Translations under genes and position numbers: made by a program
DNA from: an uncultured archaeon
Lineage (GTDB): Archaea; Thermoproteota; Nitrososphaeria; Nitrososphaerales; Gagatemarchaeaceae
Assembly (NCBI GenBank): GCA_963799775.1
Contig: CAWCYD010000003.1
Coordinates: 128,001 to 192,000 of the forward strand
DNA length: 64,000 nucleotides
Reading direction: 5' to 3'
Notes under the pieces: model-generated
Databases searched by the model: none
What the model was told of the DNA's origin: nothing
The model's input: only the letters and a program-made list of their open reading frames with translations
Part shown: positions 51,036 through 60,154 of the stretch, piece after piece
Position numbering within the stretch: the stretch's first letter is position 1
How the letters are laid out: each line of letters starts with the position of its first letter

Positions 51036-51986
51036 TTGGAACGGACAAGGTGGCTGAATTTGGACAAAATAACCGTGAAGAACTCGTACATCCCTTGGTC
51101 TTTCCTTGACATCGTCGCAAGAGAAGACGGCATCTTTGCCAAGCGAAACTTGGATGTCGACCTGTTCTCGATAGCGAGCAAAGACGTGGAACCCGCCGAC
51201 AAGGTAGCGTGGTATTCAAACATGGTCAGAGACGGCATGCTGGATGCCTACTCGGTCTGCGCGTGGGGTGCAATCGACAGGCTCGCAGAGACCAAGCGCG
51301 AGAAGATCCTCGCGGCGTCCACCTCCTCGGGATACGCGTTCTCGATATTGGTAGCCCCGGGATTGGGGATAAAGACCGCCGCGGACCTCGCAGAGATTCC
51401 CATCGCGGTGAACATGAAGACGGGGTCGCATTATTGCATCCTGAGCGACCTCGAGAGGGTCCTTCCTTACAGCAAGATCAAAGTCGTGCACGGCGCCGAG
51501 CCCTCGAGCAGGCTCAGGGGGCTGTTGGAGGAGAAGTTCCAGGCCATAGCCCTCATCAGCCCGTACACCGAACTCGCTGTCCAGCTAGGATTCGTGAAGG
51601 TGGCCGAGACAAAGACGGTCGACGTCCTGGCGTTCGTGGCGAGGGACGACCTCCCGACAGGAGTGCTGACAAGGTACCTGGCCTCCCTGGACGAAGCGGC
51701 CAGGAAGCTCAGGGCGAACCCGGAGAACTACAGGGCCCTCTACGTCGAGACCTTCCGGGCGACTTTTCGAGGCTTCCCCGAGGAATGGAAGAGCAGGATA
51801 AACAAGCTCATCGACAAGATCGCAGCGACGATCCCGATCACCACGTGGAGTGAGCTGGCCGAGTACCCGAAGGAGTCGTTCAACTCCCTTAGCACGTGGA
51901 TGAGCAAGCACAACCTCCTGGAGGCGAACGTTCAGTACGAGAACCTCGTCTTGAACAAACCTCTCGAGAAGGTCTCTACCAGCTAG
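51036..51986 (+). CDS. NMT1/SsuA/THI5-like binding-protein-fold protein with no signal peptide
   Basis: VAREDGIFAKRNLDV, IKTAADLA..IAV..GS, SPYTELA; YSVCAWG. Confidence 0.75.
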   Translation: MERTRWLNLDKITVKNSYIPWSFLDIVAREDGIFAKRNLDVDLFSIASKDVEPADKVAWYSNMVRDGMLDAYSVCAWGAIDRLAETKREKILAASTSSGYAFSILVAPGLGIKTAADLAEIPIAVNMKTGSHYCILSDLERVLPYSKIKVVHGAEPSSRLRGLLEEKFQAIALISPYTELAVQLGFVKVAETKTVDVLAFVARDDLPTGVLTRYLASLDEAARKLRANPENYRALYVETFRATFRGFPEEWKSRINKLIDKIAATIPITTWSELAEYPKESFNSLSTWMSKHNLLEANVQYENLVLNKPLEKVSTS

Positions 51987-52931
51987 GTGGGTGGCAGGTC
52001 GTTGCCGCAGAGGCTGACCACTATAACGCACGGGTATTACCAACCGTACTTCTACTGGATGTTCCCCATCTTGGTCGCCAGGGAGGAAGGCCTCTTCGAG
52101 GAGGAAGGAATCGCCCTTGACGTGCACGACATCGTTCCCGGCGGCCAGCCGGAGAACAAGGCCGAGTGGTATAGGGAGGCGCTCGAGCAAGGTTCGCGCG
52201 ACTTTTACTTCTGCTGCGCTTGGCAGGGCGTCTACAGCACATGCGAGACCGGGAAGGGCAAGATCGGTGCCGCGATCAAGTCGACGCTCATCAAGACGTT
52301 CGGAATCTACACCAAGCCTGACTCGCCCGTCCGCAACATCTTAGACATCACAGAGAACGGCGTCGAGATCGCCGTCAACAAGAACGCGGACGCGCACTAT
52401 GTGACCCTCGAGAATCTCGCAGAGTTCGTCCCTGCGTCGCAGGTCAGGCTCAAGCACCTAGGTGGGATCGACAGCTGCTTCAAAGCTCTGGCAAACGGGG
52501 ATGTCAAGGCTGCGACGCTGGCCGGGCCGTACGCGGAGGCAGCAGAGGCCATAGGCTACAGGAGGGTCATGGCGCTTTCCAGGACGCAGCCCACCCTAAT
52601 AGTCTTCAACGACGCGGTGGACACGCCCGCCGCCAACTCTTTCCTCGCGGCCGTCAACAAGGCTGTTCACAGAGTGAACGCAGACAGACCCAGGTACCAC
52701 GCGAGGTATGTGAAAGAATTCGAGGAGGTCGTGAACAGGTACATCCCAGAGCTGAGGAACGAACTGCCGAAGGTGAAGGCGAGGATAAGCCTACCTGCCT
52801 GGGCGGAGACAAAGATTCTCAGCGAGGCAGACTTCAACGAGGTCCGCGACTTCCTGGTCGAGCACGGGCTCTCCGCGAAAGGCAACGGCTACGCGGGGAC
52901 CGTCAAGACGACCCTGGCCATCTCACACTAG
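51987..52931 (+). CDS. NMT1/SsuA/THI5-like binding-protein-fold protein (paralogue) with no signal peptide
   Basis: VAREEGLFEEEGIAL, LANGDVKAATLAGPY; FCCAWQG. Confidence 0.75.
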   Translation: MGGRSLPQRLTTITHGYYQPYFYWMFPILVAREEGLFEEEGIALDVHDIVPGGQPENKAEWYREALEQGSRDFYFCCAWQGVYSTCETGKGKIGAAIKSTLIKTFGIYTKPDSPVRNILDITENGVEIAVNKNADAHYVTLENLAEFVPASQVRLKHLGGIDSCFKALANGDVKAATLAGPYAEAAEAIGYRRVMALSRTQPTLIVFNDAVDTPAANSFLAAVNKAVHRVNADRPRYHARYVKEFEEVVNRYIPELRNELPKVKARISLPAWAETKILSEADFNEVRDFLVEHGLSAKGNGYAGTVKTTLAISH

Positions 52932-52950
52932 AGGTGCGATGTGAACCCAC

Positions 52951-54330
52951 ATGGTCACAAGACTGGAGCGAGCGATCGAGATTCCAAGGCAATGGTATAA
53001 CATCGCGCCGGACCTTCCAAGCAAGCTCCCGCCCGTGATAGACCAGCATACGCATGGACTGGCTGACAAGAAGATACTCCACAGGCTCTTCGTAAACGAG
53101 GTCGCAAGGGGAGAGTATTCGGGCGAGCGGTTCATCACCATCCCGGAGGAACTTAGAGACGTCTATTCGATCTGGAGGCCGACTCCTCTCGTGAGGGCGA
53201 AGAGGCTGGAAAGGGCGCTGAACACGCCTGCGAGGATCTACTACAAGAACGAGTCCGTGAGCCCGCCCGGGTCGCACAAGGCCAACGCCGCCGTGGCACA
53301 GGCTTACTATGCGAAGAAGGAAGGAACTGAGAGGCTAGTCACGAGCACCACCGCCGGCCAGTGGGGGACCGCCCTCGCCTTCGGTTGCACGATCTTCGGA
53401 GTAAAGTGCACCGTCTACATGTCAAAGTCCAGCTACGACAGCAAGCCCTATCGCAAGGATCTCGCCGAGGCCTGGGGCGCCGAGGTAATCTCGAGCCCCA
53501 GCGCGAAGACAAAGGTCGGGAGGGACATCCTAGCGCGAGACCCGAACTCGAGCGGGTCGATGAGCATCGCGAAGAGCGAGGCCCTGGAGGACACCGAGAA
53601 CGACCCGACCGCCAAGGACGCGGTCGGCAGCATCATGAATTTCGTCTTGGCGACCCAGACGGTGATAGGCCAAGAGGCTCAGGCGCAGATGGAGCCATAT
53701 GAGGACTATCCGGACATCGTGATCGGCTGCGTCGGCGGAGGGAGCAACTTCTCAGGGATATTCTGGCCCTACTATTACAAAATGGTCAGCAAGACGAGCC
53801 CGAAGCAGGTCAGGTTCCTCGGTGTCGAGTCATCGGCCGTCCCGAAGCTCACGAAGGGTCGATACATGTACGACCACTCCGATGTGATGAGGATGAGCCC
53901 GCTCTTCAAGATGTACACCGCAGGCTCGACGTTTGTGCCGCCGGAGATCCACACCGGCGGTCTAAGGGTCCATGGGACGGCTCCCAGCCTGAGCCTGCTC
54001 GTGAACGCGGGAATGGTGAGCGCCGTCGCCTACAGCCAGCCAGAGGTCTTCGAGGCGGGCGCGCTATTCGCGCGGACGGAGGGGATACTGCCCGCCCCCG
54101 AGTCGGCCCACGCGATAAAGGCGACAATCGACGAGGCCAGGCGATGCAAGCAGCAAGGCAAGGAGGAGGTCATCCTCTTCAACCTTTGCGGCCACGGCAT
54201 CCTGGACATCGAGGGATATCGCGAGTACTTCGCGGGCAAGATGAAGGACAACGACGCCGACCCGGCGGAGCTGAGAAGAGCCCTCGACGAGGTGAAGGGG
54301 TTGTACCCTTGGTTGCAGGGCAACGGCTAG
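52951..54330 (+). CDS. trpB2: TrpB2-like PLP enzyme with altered active site
   Basis: WYNI, RPTPL, GSHK (PLP Lys), GCVGGGSN and PAPESAHA; TSTTAGQWG replaces TETGAGQWG. Confidence 0.88.
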   Translation: MVTRLERAIEIPRQWYNIAPDLPSKLPPVIDQHTHGLADKKILHRLFVNEVARGEYSGERFITIPEELRDVYSIWRPTPLVRAKRLERALNTPARIYYKNESVSPPGSHKANAAVAQAYYAKKEGTERLVTSTTAGQWGTALAFGCTIFGVKCTVYMSKSSYDSKPYRKDLAEAWGAEVISSPSAKTKVGRDILARDPNSSGSMSIAKSEALEDTENDPTAKDAVGSIMNFVLATQTVIGQEAQAQMEPYEDYPDIVIGCVGGGSNFSGIFWPYYYKMVSKTSPKQVRFLGVESSAVPKLTKGRYMYDHSDVMRMSPLFKMYTAGSTFVPPEIHTGGLRVHGTAPSLSLLVNAGMVSAVAYSQPEVFEAGALFARTEGILPAPESAHAIKATIDEARRCKQQGKEEVILFNLCGHGILDIEGYREYFAGKMKDNDADPAELRRALDEVKGLYPWLQGNG

Positions 54331-54364
54331 GCAACGCGACACACGCCCTAGGTTGAGGCATACA

Positions 54365-55196
54365 ATGACCAAGCGACGACCTCTCTCCTACGGCGAGTAT
54401 CTCGGGCTGGACGAGCTGCTCGACATCCAACGGCTTGTCTCCAAGCCCCGGCAGCACGACGAGGTGCTCTTCCTTATCGCCCATCAGGCCTACGAGCTCT
54501 GGTTCAAGCTCATGCTCAACGAGCTGGAGACCGCGATCTCTCACATGCTCGCAGACAACCTGTCAGAAGCCACGCGGCTCATCAGGAGGGTCGTCCCCGT
54601 ACAGAGGGCCCTGATCCAGCAGCTCGAGGTGCCTGGAGACGATCAGGCCCTCAGACTTTCTGAAGTTCAGGAGCATTCTCAACCCCGCCAGCGGCTTCCA
54701 GTCCCTCCAGTTCAGGGAGCTGGAGTTCATCTCCGGTCAGAAGGACGAAAGATACCTCAAGCTCCACGTCGGGAACGAGAAGGACTACGAGCAGCTGCTG
54801 AAGAGGTGGGAGGCCCCAAGCCTCTGGGACGGCTTCAGGAGCGTTTTGGAGGAGCGGGGGTTCGATTTGGGGAAGAAGGCGAAGGGGAATGAGAATGCCG
54901 TCTTCGAGCTCGAGGTCGAGGCCTCGCTCAAGATCTTCACGGAGAGCAAGTACCTGCACGTGGCGGAGCTTGCGGAGGTGTTGCTCGACTACGACAAGCA
55001 TTTCCAGCTGTGGCGGAGCCACCACATCATGATGGTGGAACGAGTAATAGGCGGTAGGCCGGGGACGGGCGAGAAGGTGGTCAACAAGACCGTCGGCACC
55101 GACTCGTTCCATTCCTCTGGCGTGACCTATCTCCAGACCACGATGGGAAAGAGGTTCTTCCCCGCGCTATGGGCTGCAAGGACAAGGATAGGATGA
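54365..55196 (+). CDS. kynA: Tryptophan 2,3-dioxygenase-family heme enzyme; frameshift near 54631
   Basis: HDEVLFLIAHQAYELWFK, (shifted frame) FRSILNPASGFQSLQFR, WRSHHIMMVERVIG, FFPALW. Confidence 0.88.
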
Positions 55197-56068
55197 CACG
55201 GAAGCGGGGGATGAGACTCCATCATGTCTCGGCAAAGGTGCGCGCGAGGATCGCAGCGGGCGACTCGATATATGAAGGATGGGGGGCGAACCAGGGGTTC
55301 GTCACGACGAGCATTGGGGCTGTCGTCGTTGACACGGGCTTCACTTCGACGTCCGCCAAGGCCCTCCTGCGGGACCTGCGCGCGACAGGGTCCGCTCCTG
55401 TGAAGCTGATCGTGAACACGCACGACCACTCCGACCACGTCTTCGGGAACTCCGTCTTCGACGCATACTCTCCTCTCATCATGGCTCACCTAAACTGCAG
55501 GTCTAGGCTCCTGGAGCTGGGCAAAGAACGGATGCGCGGATACCGCAGGTTCGACAAAACACTGAGGGCGGACCTCACGGGGCTCCGCATCTCGCCCCCG
55601 CAGGTGACCTACGAGGACGGGTTGGAACTGGACATCGGGCAGACCAATTTCCGTTTCATCCACCCAAAGAACGGGGCGCACACGACAGGCGACACGATGG
55701 TCCTCCTCCCCGATGAAAAGATCCTCTTCGCGGGGGACGTCTTGTGGACGGGCTACCACCCCAACCTCGAGGACGCAGACATAGAGGCCTGGCTACAGGA
55801 GCTCGATGCTATCTCGAGGATGAAGGTGGACCTGATCGTCCCGGGACACGGGAAGGTCTCGGACAAGAGCAGCGTCGCTCCGCTCGCGACCTACCTTCGC
55901 GAGTTTGACTCTAGGATGAGCAAGCTCGTCCGGGATGGCGTCCCCAAGGCGAGCATCCTCCCGGAGCTCGAGATCCGTGGTTCGGAGGAATGGAGCCTGA
56001 AGATGATCGTCCAGCGCAACTTGGACATCCTTTACGACCGATACGTAGCCCGCGAGCGCGCCGTCTGA
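55169..56068 (+). CDS. Metallo-beta-lactamase-fold hydrolase
   Basis: VVDTG, THDHSDH, AHTTGD, FAGD, VPGHG. Confidence 0.9.
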   Translation: MGCKDKDRMTRKRGMRLHHVSAKVRARIAAGDSIYEGWGANQGFVTTSIGAVVVDTGFTSTSAKALLRDLRATGSAPVKLIVNTHDHSDHVFGNSVFDAYSPLIMAHLNCRSRLLELGKERMRGYRRFDKTLRADLTGLRISPPQVTYEDGLELDIGQTNFRFIHPKNGAHTTGDTMVLLPDEKILFAGDVLWTGYHPNLEDADIEAWLQELDAISRMKVDLIVPGHGKVSDKSSVAPLATYLREFDSRMSKLVRDGVPKASILPELEIRGSEEWSLKMIVQRNLDILYDRYVARERAV

Positions 56069-56104
56069 CAGGAGGTTCATGGGAGACCTAGCTTGATGAA
56101 GGTG

Positions 56105-57032
56105 TCAAGAGTGTCGGGGAGCGTCTCGAGGTCCCTGCGCGTCGGGGTGGAAGGTGGTCTTTGGGCTGTACTCTACCTCGAAGGGATAAGCCGCCTTTAT
56201 CCCCGGCATCGAAGGCGATATCCCCGAGATCCTCCCGATCAACCTCTGCGCGTCCTCGCTCAGAAGGAAGTCCATGAACTTGCGTGCCGACTTGTTATCG
56301 CTCGCCGTCTTTAGCAGCGCCGCTGTTGTGAAGGTGAGCATCCGGGGGATCTTCTCGGTCTCGAACGACCTGACCGGGGAGCCAGCCGTCCTCTCGCGGA
56401 AGTAGGCAAGTGAGTACACCGTAAGTGAGAGGTCGTGGTCCCCGTCGATGAGCCCCTGGAGCAGGTGGTCAATGCAGTCGTAGGTCAGAGGCTTGTTCGG
56501 GCCCGCCAAGCTCCTCAGGAGCTCGCGCCATTTCTTCCCGGACGTTTTCCTCTTGAGGAAGTTCATGTAGTGGGCGCCGATGTTGCCGAACTTGCTCGTA
56601 GTGAGCGACTGCATCCCGAGCCTTCCCCTCCACTTGCTCGAGATTATCTCATCGAGGCTTTGAGGGAGGTCACTTTGCGGAGAGATTCTTGGGGTTGTGC
56701 GCCATCGTCATGAAGGTCACGCCTGCAGCGAACCATCTCATCCTCCTATCGTAGAACTTCTGCGGGTACGCTCCGATGCCCTTCGCATCGTGCGGAGCAA
56801 ACAGGCCCTCCTTGTCCATGTTGATGGCAACGTAGTGCGGGACGATGACTACGTCCGCAGTCCGCATCCCGTGCTTCATCTCCTGCCGAATCCTGTCCTG
56901 GACCTGGAATGGGTGGTCGTCCAGGTAGACAGGGAACTCCTCCAGGGTGTTCTTCTTCCTGAATGCCCACAGGAGGTCTGAGGTGCCCGAACGAAGCCCC
57001 AACGACGCGTAGATTATCACCCTCTCAGGCAT
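56105..57032 (-). CDS. Iron/thiamine-type binding-protein-fold protein with no signal peptide; frameshift near 56665
   Basis: RIRQE..ADVV, FAPH, MAHN, ARKFMDFLLSEDAQ. Confidence 0.7.
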
Positions 57033-57056
57033 TCGAGTTCCTCGGCGGGGCGCGAG

Positions 57057-58209
57057 TTATTTATCGGTTGAACGGCCGTGCTCGAAGAATTCCTTCACGC
57101 GTCGGACCCCCTCGACTATCGTCTCAGGCGGGCTCCCGAAGGATATTCGGAGGTGACCCTCTCCGGCTGGCCCAAAGATCGCTCCTGGCAGGAGCGCGAC
57201 GTTCTGCTCTTTGAGCATCCGCGTCGCTAGGGATCTCGAGCCTTCCCTGCCCTTGAACCCGGGGAAGCCGTAGAAGGCTCCTTCCACTGGTTCCCACTCC
57301 AGGGCCTTGATGCCTGATAGCTCCTCCTGAAGGATGCCTCTCCGTCGCCTCAACTCCTCCCTGAACTCCTTTGTGTAGTTCTGGCAGTTCTTCAGCGCAT
57401 AGGCCGAAGCCACCTGGATGAAGGGAGGGAAGCATGTCACTGCGGTCTCGAGGAACCTGTTGACCAAGAGGATGGTCCCGGCGTCTGCCACGACATATCC
57501 CGCACGCCAGCCGGTCATGGCGAAGCTCTTCGAGAGACTGAAGATTGAGACGACCGTCTCAGGCCTCTTCTCGAGCGAGCCGACCGATGTGTGCTTCTTC
57601 TCGTAGACGAGGTTCCTCGTAGGCCTCGTCGCTGACCAACCTCACGCCTCTCTCGATGCAGAGCTGAAGCAACTCTTTGAGCTCGCTCTTCTCGAAGACC
57701 TTGCCAGCCGGATTCGAAGGGGTGTTGACGATCATCGCCCTCGTCTTTGGCGTGATCTTGGCCTTGATTTCGTCGAGGTCCAGTCGGAAGTCCTTTGTGA
57801 GCCGATACCTCACGGGCTTTCCCCCAGACAAGACGACCGGTTCGGAGTAGTAGTAGCCGGGGTCCGGGACCAGGGCCTCGTGACCCTTCATCCCGAGCGA
57901 TAGCAGGGTGGCGTAGATGGACAGCTTGGTCGTGATGAAGATCGAGTTTTCCTTTTTCGCCATGATGCGGTTCTTACGCTGGACCTTCTCTACGATTGCC
58001 TCCCTCACCTCATCCAAGCCCCAAGAGGTGGTGTAGTGCCCTCCGCCGCTCCTCATGCTCTCGTACGCTGCCCTCACTATGGGGGGAGGAGTGTCGAAAG
58101 AAGGCTCGCCTATCGAGAGGGAGAAGACCTTCTCTCCTGCGGCCCTCTTACTAGCGGCCAGGTTGAAGATCTCGAAGGCTGGCGAGTCTTGTATCTCGTC
58201 TAGGGACAC
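57057..58209 (-). CDS. Class I/II PLP aminotransferase; frameshift near 57612
   Basis: SIGEPSF, NTPSNPAG, SDEAY, SLSKSFAMTGWRAG, GAFY, LRISF. Confidence 0.92.
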
Positions 58210-58349
58210 GCCGACCCGCGTGTCCTATTCGGGATTTAAGCGGTGCGAGGGCTGGTGCCGAAGGCAGCCCTTCCCGACTCGCAAATGCCAGCTGTAGAAC
58301 GAGGAAAGTGAACAAATGTAAAGCAATTCAGTGAATATCTTTATATCGC

Positions 58350-58712
58350 ATGCAGCCAATAGTCTCGTCTACGCGATTGAAGAAGATCGAAGCTGCGGTG
58401 CGCAAAGACAAGTTCCCTGATGTCGATCTTGCTCTGAAGATGATCGGTGTCTCAGGCCTCACGGTAGCTGAGGAGGAGCGGGCATCCAGAGGGATGTGGT
58501 CCTATCCGCTCGAGAAGATCCCGCACATGATCGTCACAGTCGTAGTGGACGACCGAGACGTGGGCCAGGTCGTGGATTCGATCCGCGAGACCGCCTCGAC
58601 CAGGTCATCGGGCGACGGCAGGATCGTGGTCACCTCAATAGACAACGCCTGGGACATCGGGACAGGCATGCCTGACCGGACGGACCTTTCCGTCCCTTCG
58701 CTCGGATTCTAG
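58350..58712 (+). CDS. PII-family signalling protein with short T-loop
   Basis: KKIEAAVR, IGVSGLTV, GDGRIVV, DIGTG. Confidence 0.8.
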   Translation: MQPIVSSTRLKKIEAAVRKDKFPDVDLALKMIGVSGLTVAEEERASRGMWSYPLEKIPHMIVTVVVDDRDVGQVVDSIRETASTRSSGDGRIVVTSIDNAWDIGTGMPDRTDLSVPSLGF

Positions 58713-58740
58713 AAGGACCGGTCTTTCCGCTTTTTTTCTT
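58712..58740 (+). terminator. Short hairpin and oligo-T after the PII gene
   Basis: GAAGGAC-CG-GTCTTTC followed by TTTTTTT. Confidence 0.35.
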
Positions 58741-58987
58741 AGGAAGGCTTTGTAGTCCCGCTGGCCTTGTACTTTGCGAACAGGGCGATGAGCCCCGCCA
58801 GCATTAGCATCACTGAGCACAGGTAGAGGACAGGGATGAGGGGTGGCTGGATCGTGTCGACGCCCGCCTCGACGGCGGTCTCATAGATCATAGCGAACCC
58901 GAGCACGAAGAACACGACTCCGCAAAGCCTGACCACGACGTTCACCCTGGAGTCGTCGGGGTTGTAGGTGCCTTGGGTGTTGCTCAT
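58739..58987 (-). CDS. Small two-TM membrane protein
   Basis: Two hydrophobic helices. Confidence 0.6.
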   Translation of the reverse strand: MSNTQGTYNPDDSRVNVVVRLCGVVFFVLGFAMIYETAVEAGVDTIQPPLIPVLYLCSVMLMLAGLIALFAKYKASGTTKPS

Positions 58988-59056
58988 CCGCCTGACCTTT
59001 TTTGGTTCCGAACTCTGCCCTAAATAAGCTATCCAGTCGGGCGGCGGAGTCGCGAC

Positions 59057-60154
59057 CTAGGCGCTCTTCAGGAGCTGGATCTTGTCAGGCAGGTACTTGT
59101 CGACGATGTAGCTGAGGCCGTATCGGGAGAACGCCTCCTGCTCGCTCTTCCGCTTGAACTTCAGGAACGTGTCCAGCTCGTCGTGCCACAGCTTCTCCTT
59201 GTAGCGGGGGTCCGCCTTGAGCTCGTATACCCGCTTGATGTCTATCTCGGTGAGAGGGTCTGAGGGGAGCTTGTACTTTTGGATGTCCGAGGCCCAGACC
59301 CCGAGCCACACCCCCGACGGGGTGGTCAGGTCTCTCAGGTGGGCGGCGTTCGCGGAGCCGCTTTTTATGACCATGGCGATGTGCGCCCCCCACGGGTCGG
59401 CGTCGCAGAGGATCCCGATGGGAAGCTTAAGCTCCGAGTGGAGCCGCCTCAAGAGGTAGCGGGTTGCGCGGGGAGGCTGCCCCGCGGTGTTGATCAGGAT
59501 CGCCTTGTACTTCTTGTGGACCTTCTCCTCGATGAACCTGGTGAAGAGACCGCCCTTCTCTATCGCGAGGACCATCTCCGCGTCTGTGTCCGCGAACTCC
59601 GCGGTCGTCATGGCGGGGCCTATCATCATCCCGTCCGGATGGGCCGAGAGGTCCAGCGTCTTCCCTTCGTATCCCGGGACGGTGTACTCGATCGTGAGGT
59701 TCCCGAATATGGCGCTCCTCTCTTCAGGATAGACGTTGAACTCCTCCCTCGCAGAGCCTAGGAGCACCTCCAGGTCGGTTATCAGCTCGTCGGACTCGGC
59801 CTGGTCCATGAACTCGACGTTGAAGGCCTGCGCCGAGTAGTAGACGTCTCTCAGCGTGGATGTCTTTTTCTCGGCGACCAGCTGCTTCGAGAAGTAGGCC
59901 AGCCAGAGGAGCTGTGTGAACGGCCTGATGTGCTTGATGTTCCCCGCGGACCGTTTGACCGTCGAGGAGCCCAGGATGAACTGCTGGAGCTTCTTGTCGT
60001 AAACGATGTTGCTCACAGAGCGGCTCGCGAAGCTCACGGACGGGAACCTCGAGCTGTCCAGGTCGTTGTAGACGCGGTGCCCGAGCTCGTTGAGGATCTT
60101 CTCGACCCTGTCTTTCCTGGCCTCAGCTGTAGTCTTCGATTTTTGCTTGCTCAT
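59057..60154 (-). CDS. top6A: DNA topoisomerase VI subunit A
   Basis: STLRDVYY, AIEK, GQPPRATR, DADPWG, EQEA. Confidence 0.96.
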   Translation of the reverse strand: MSKQKSKTTAEARKDRVEKILNELGHRVYNDLDSSRFPSVSFASRSVSNIVYDKKLQQFILGSSTVKRSAGNIKHIRPFTQLLWLAYFSKQLVAEKKTSTLRDVYYSAQAFNVEFMDQAESDELITDLEVLLGSAREEFNVYPEERSAIFGNLTIEYTVPGYEGKTLDLSAHPDGMMIGPAMTTAEFADTDAEMVLAIEKGGLFTRFIEEKVHKKYKAILINTAGQPPRATRYLLRRLHSELKLPIGILCDADPWGAHIAMVIKSGSANAAHLRDLTTPSGVWLGVWASDIQKYKLPSDPLTEIDIKRVYELKADPRYKEKLWHDELDTFLKFKRKSEQEAFSRYGLSYIVDKYLPDKIQLLKSA

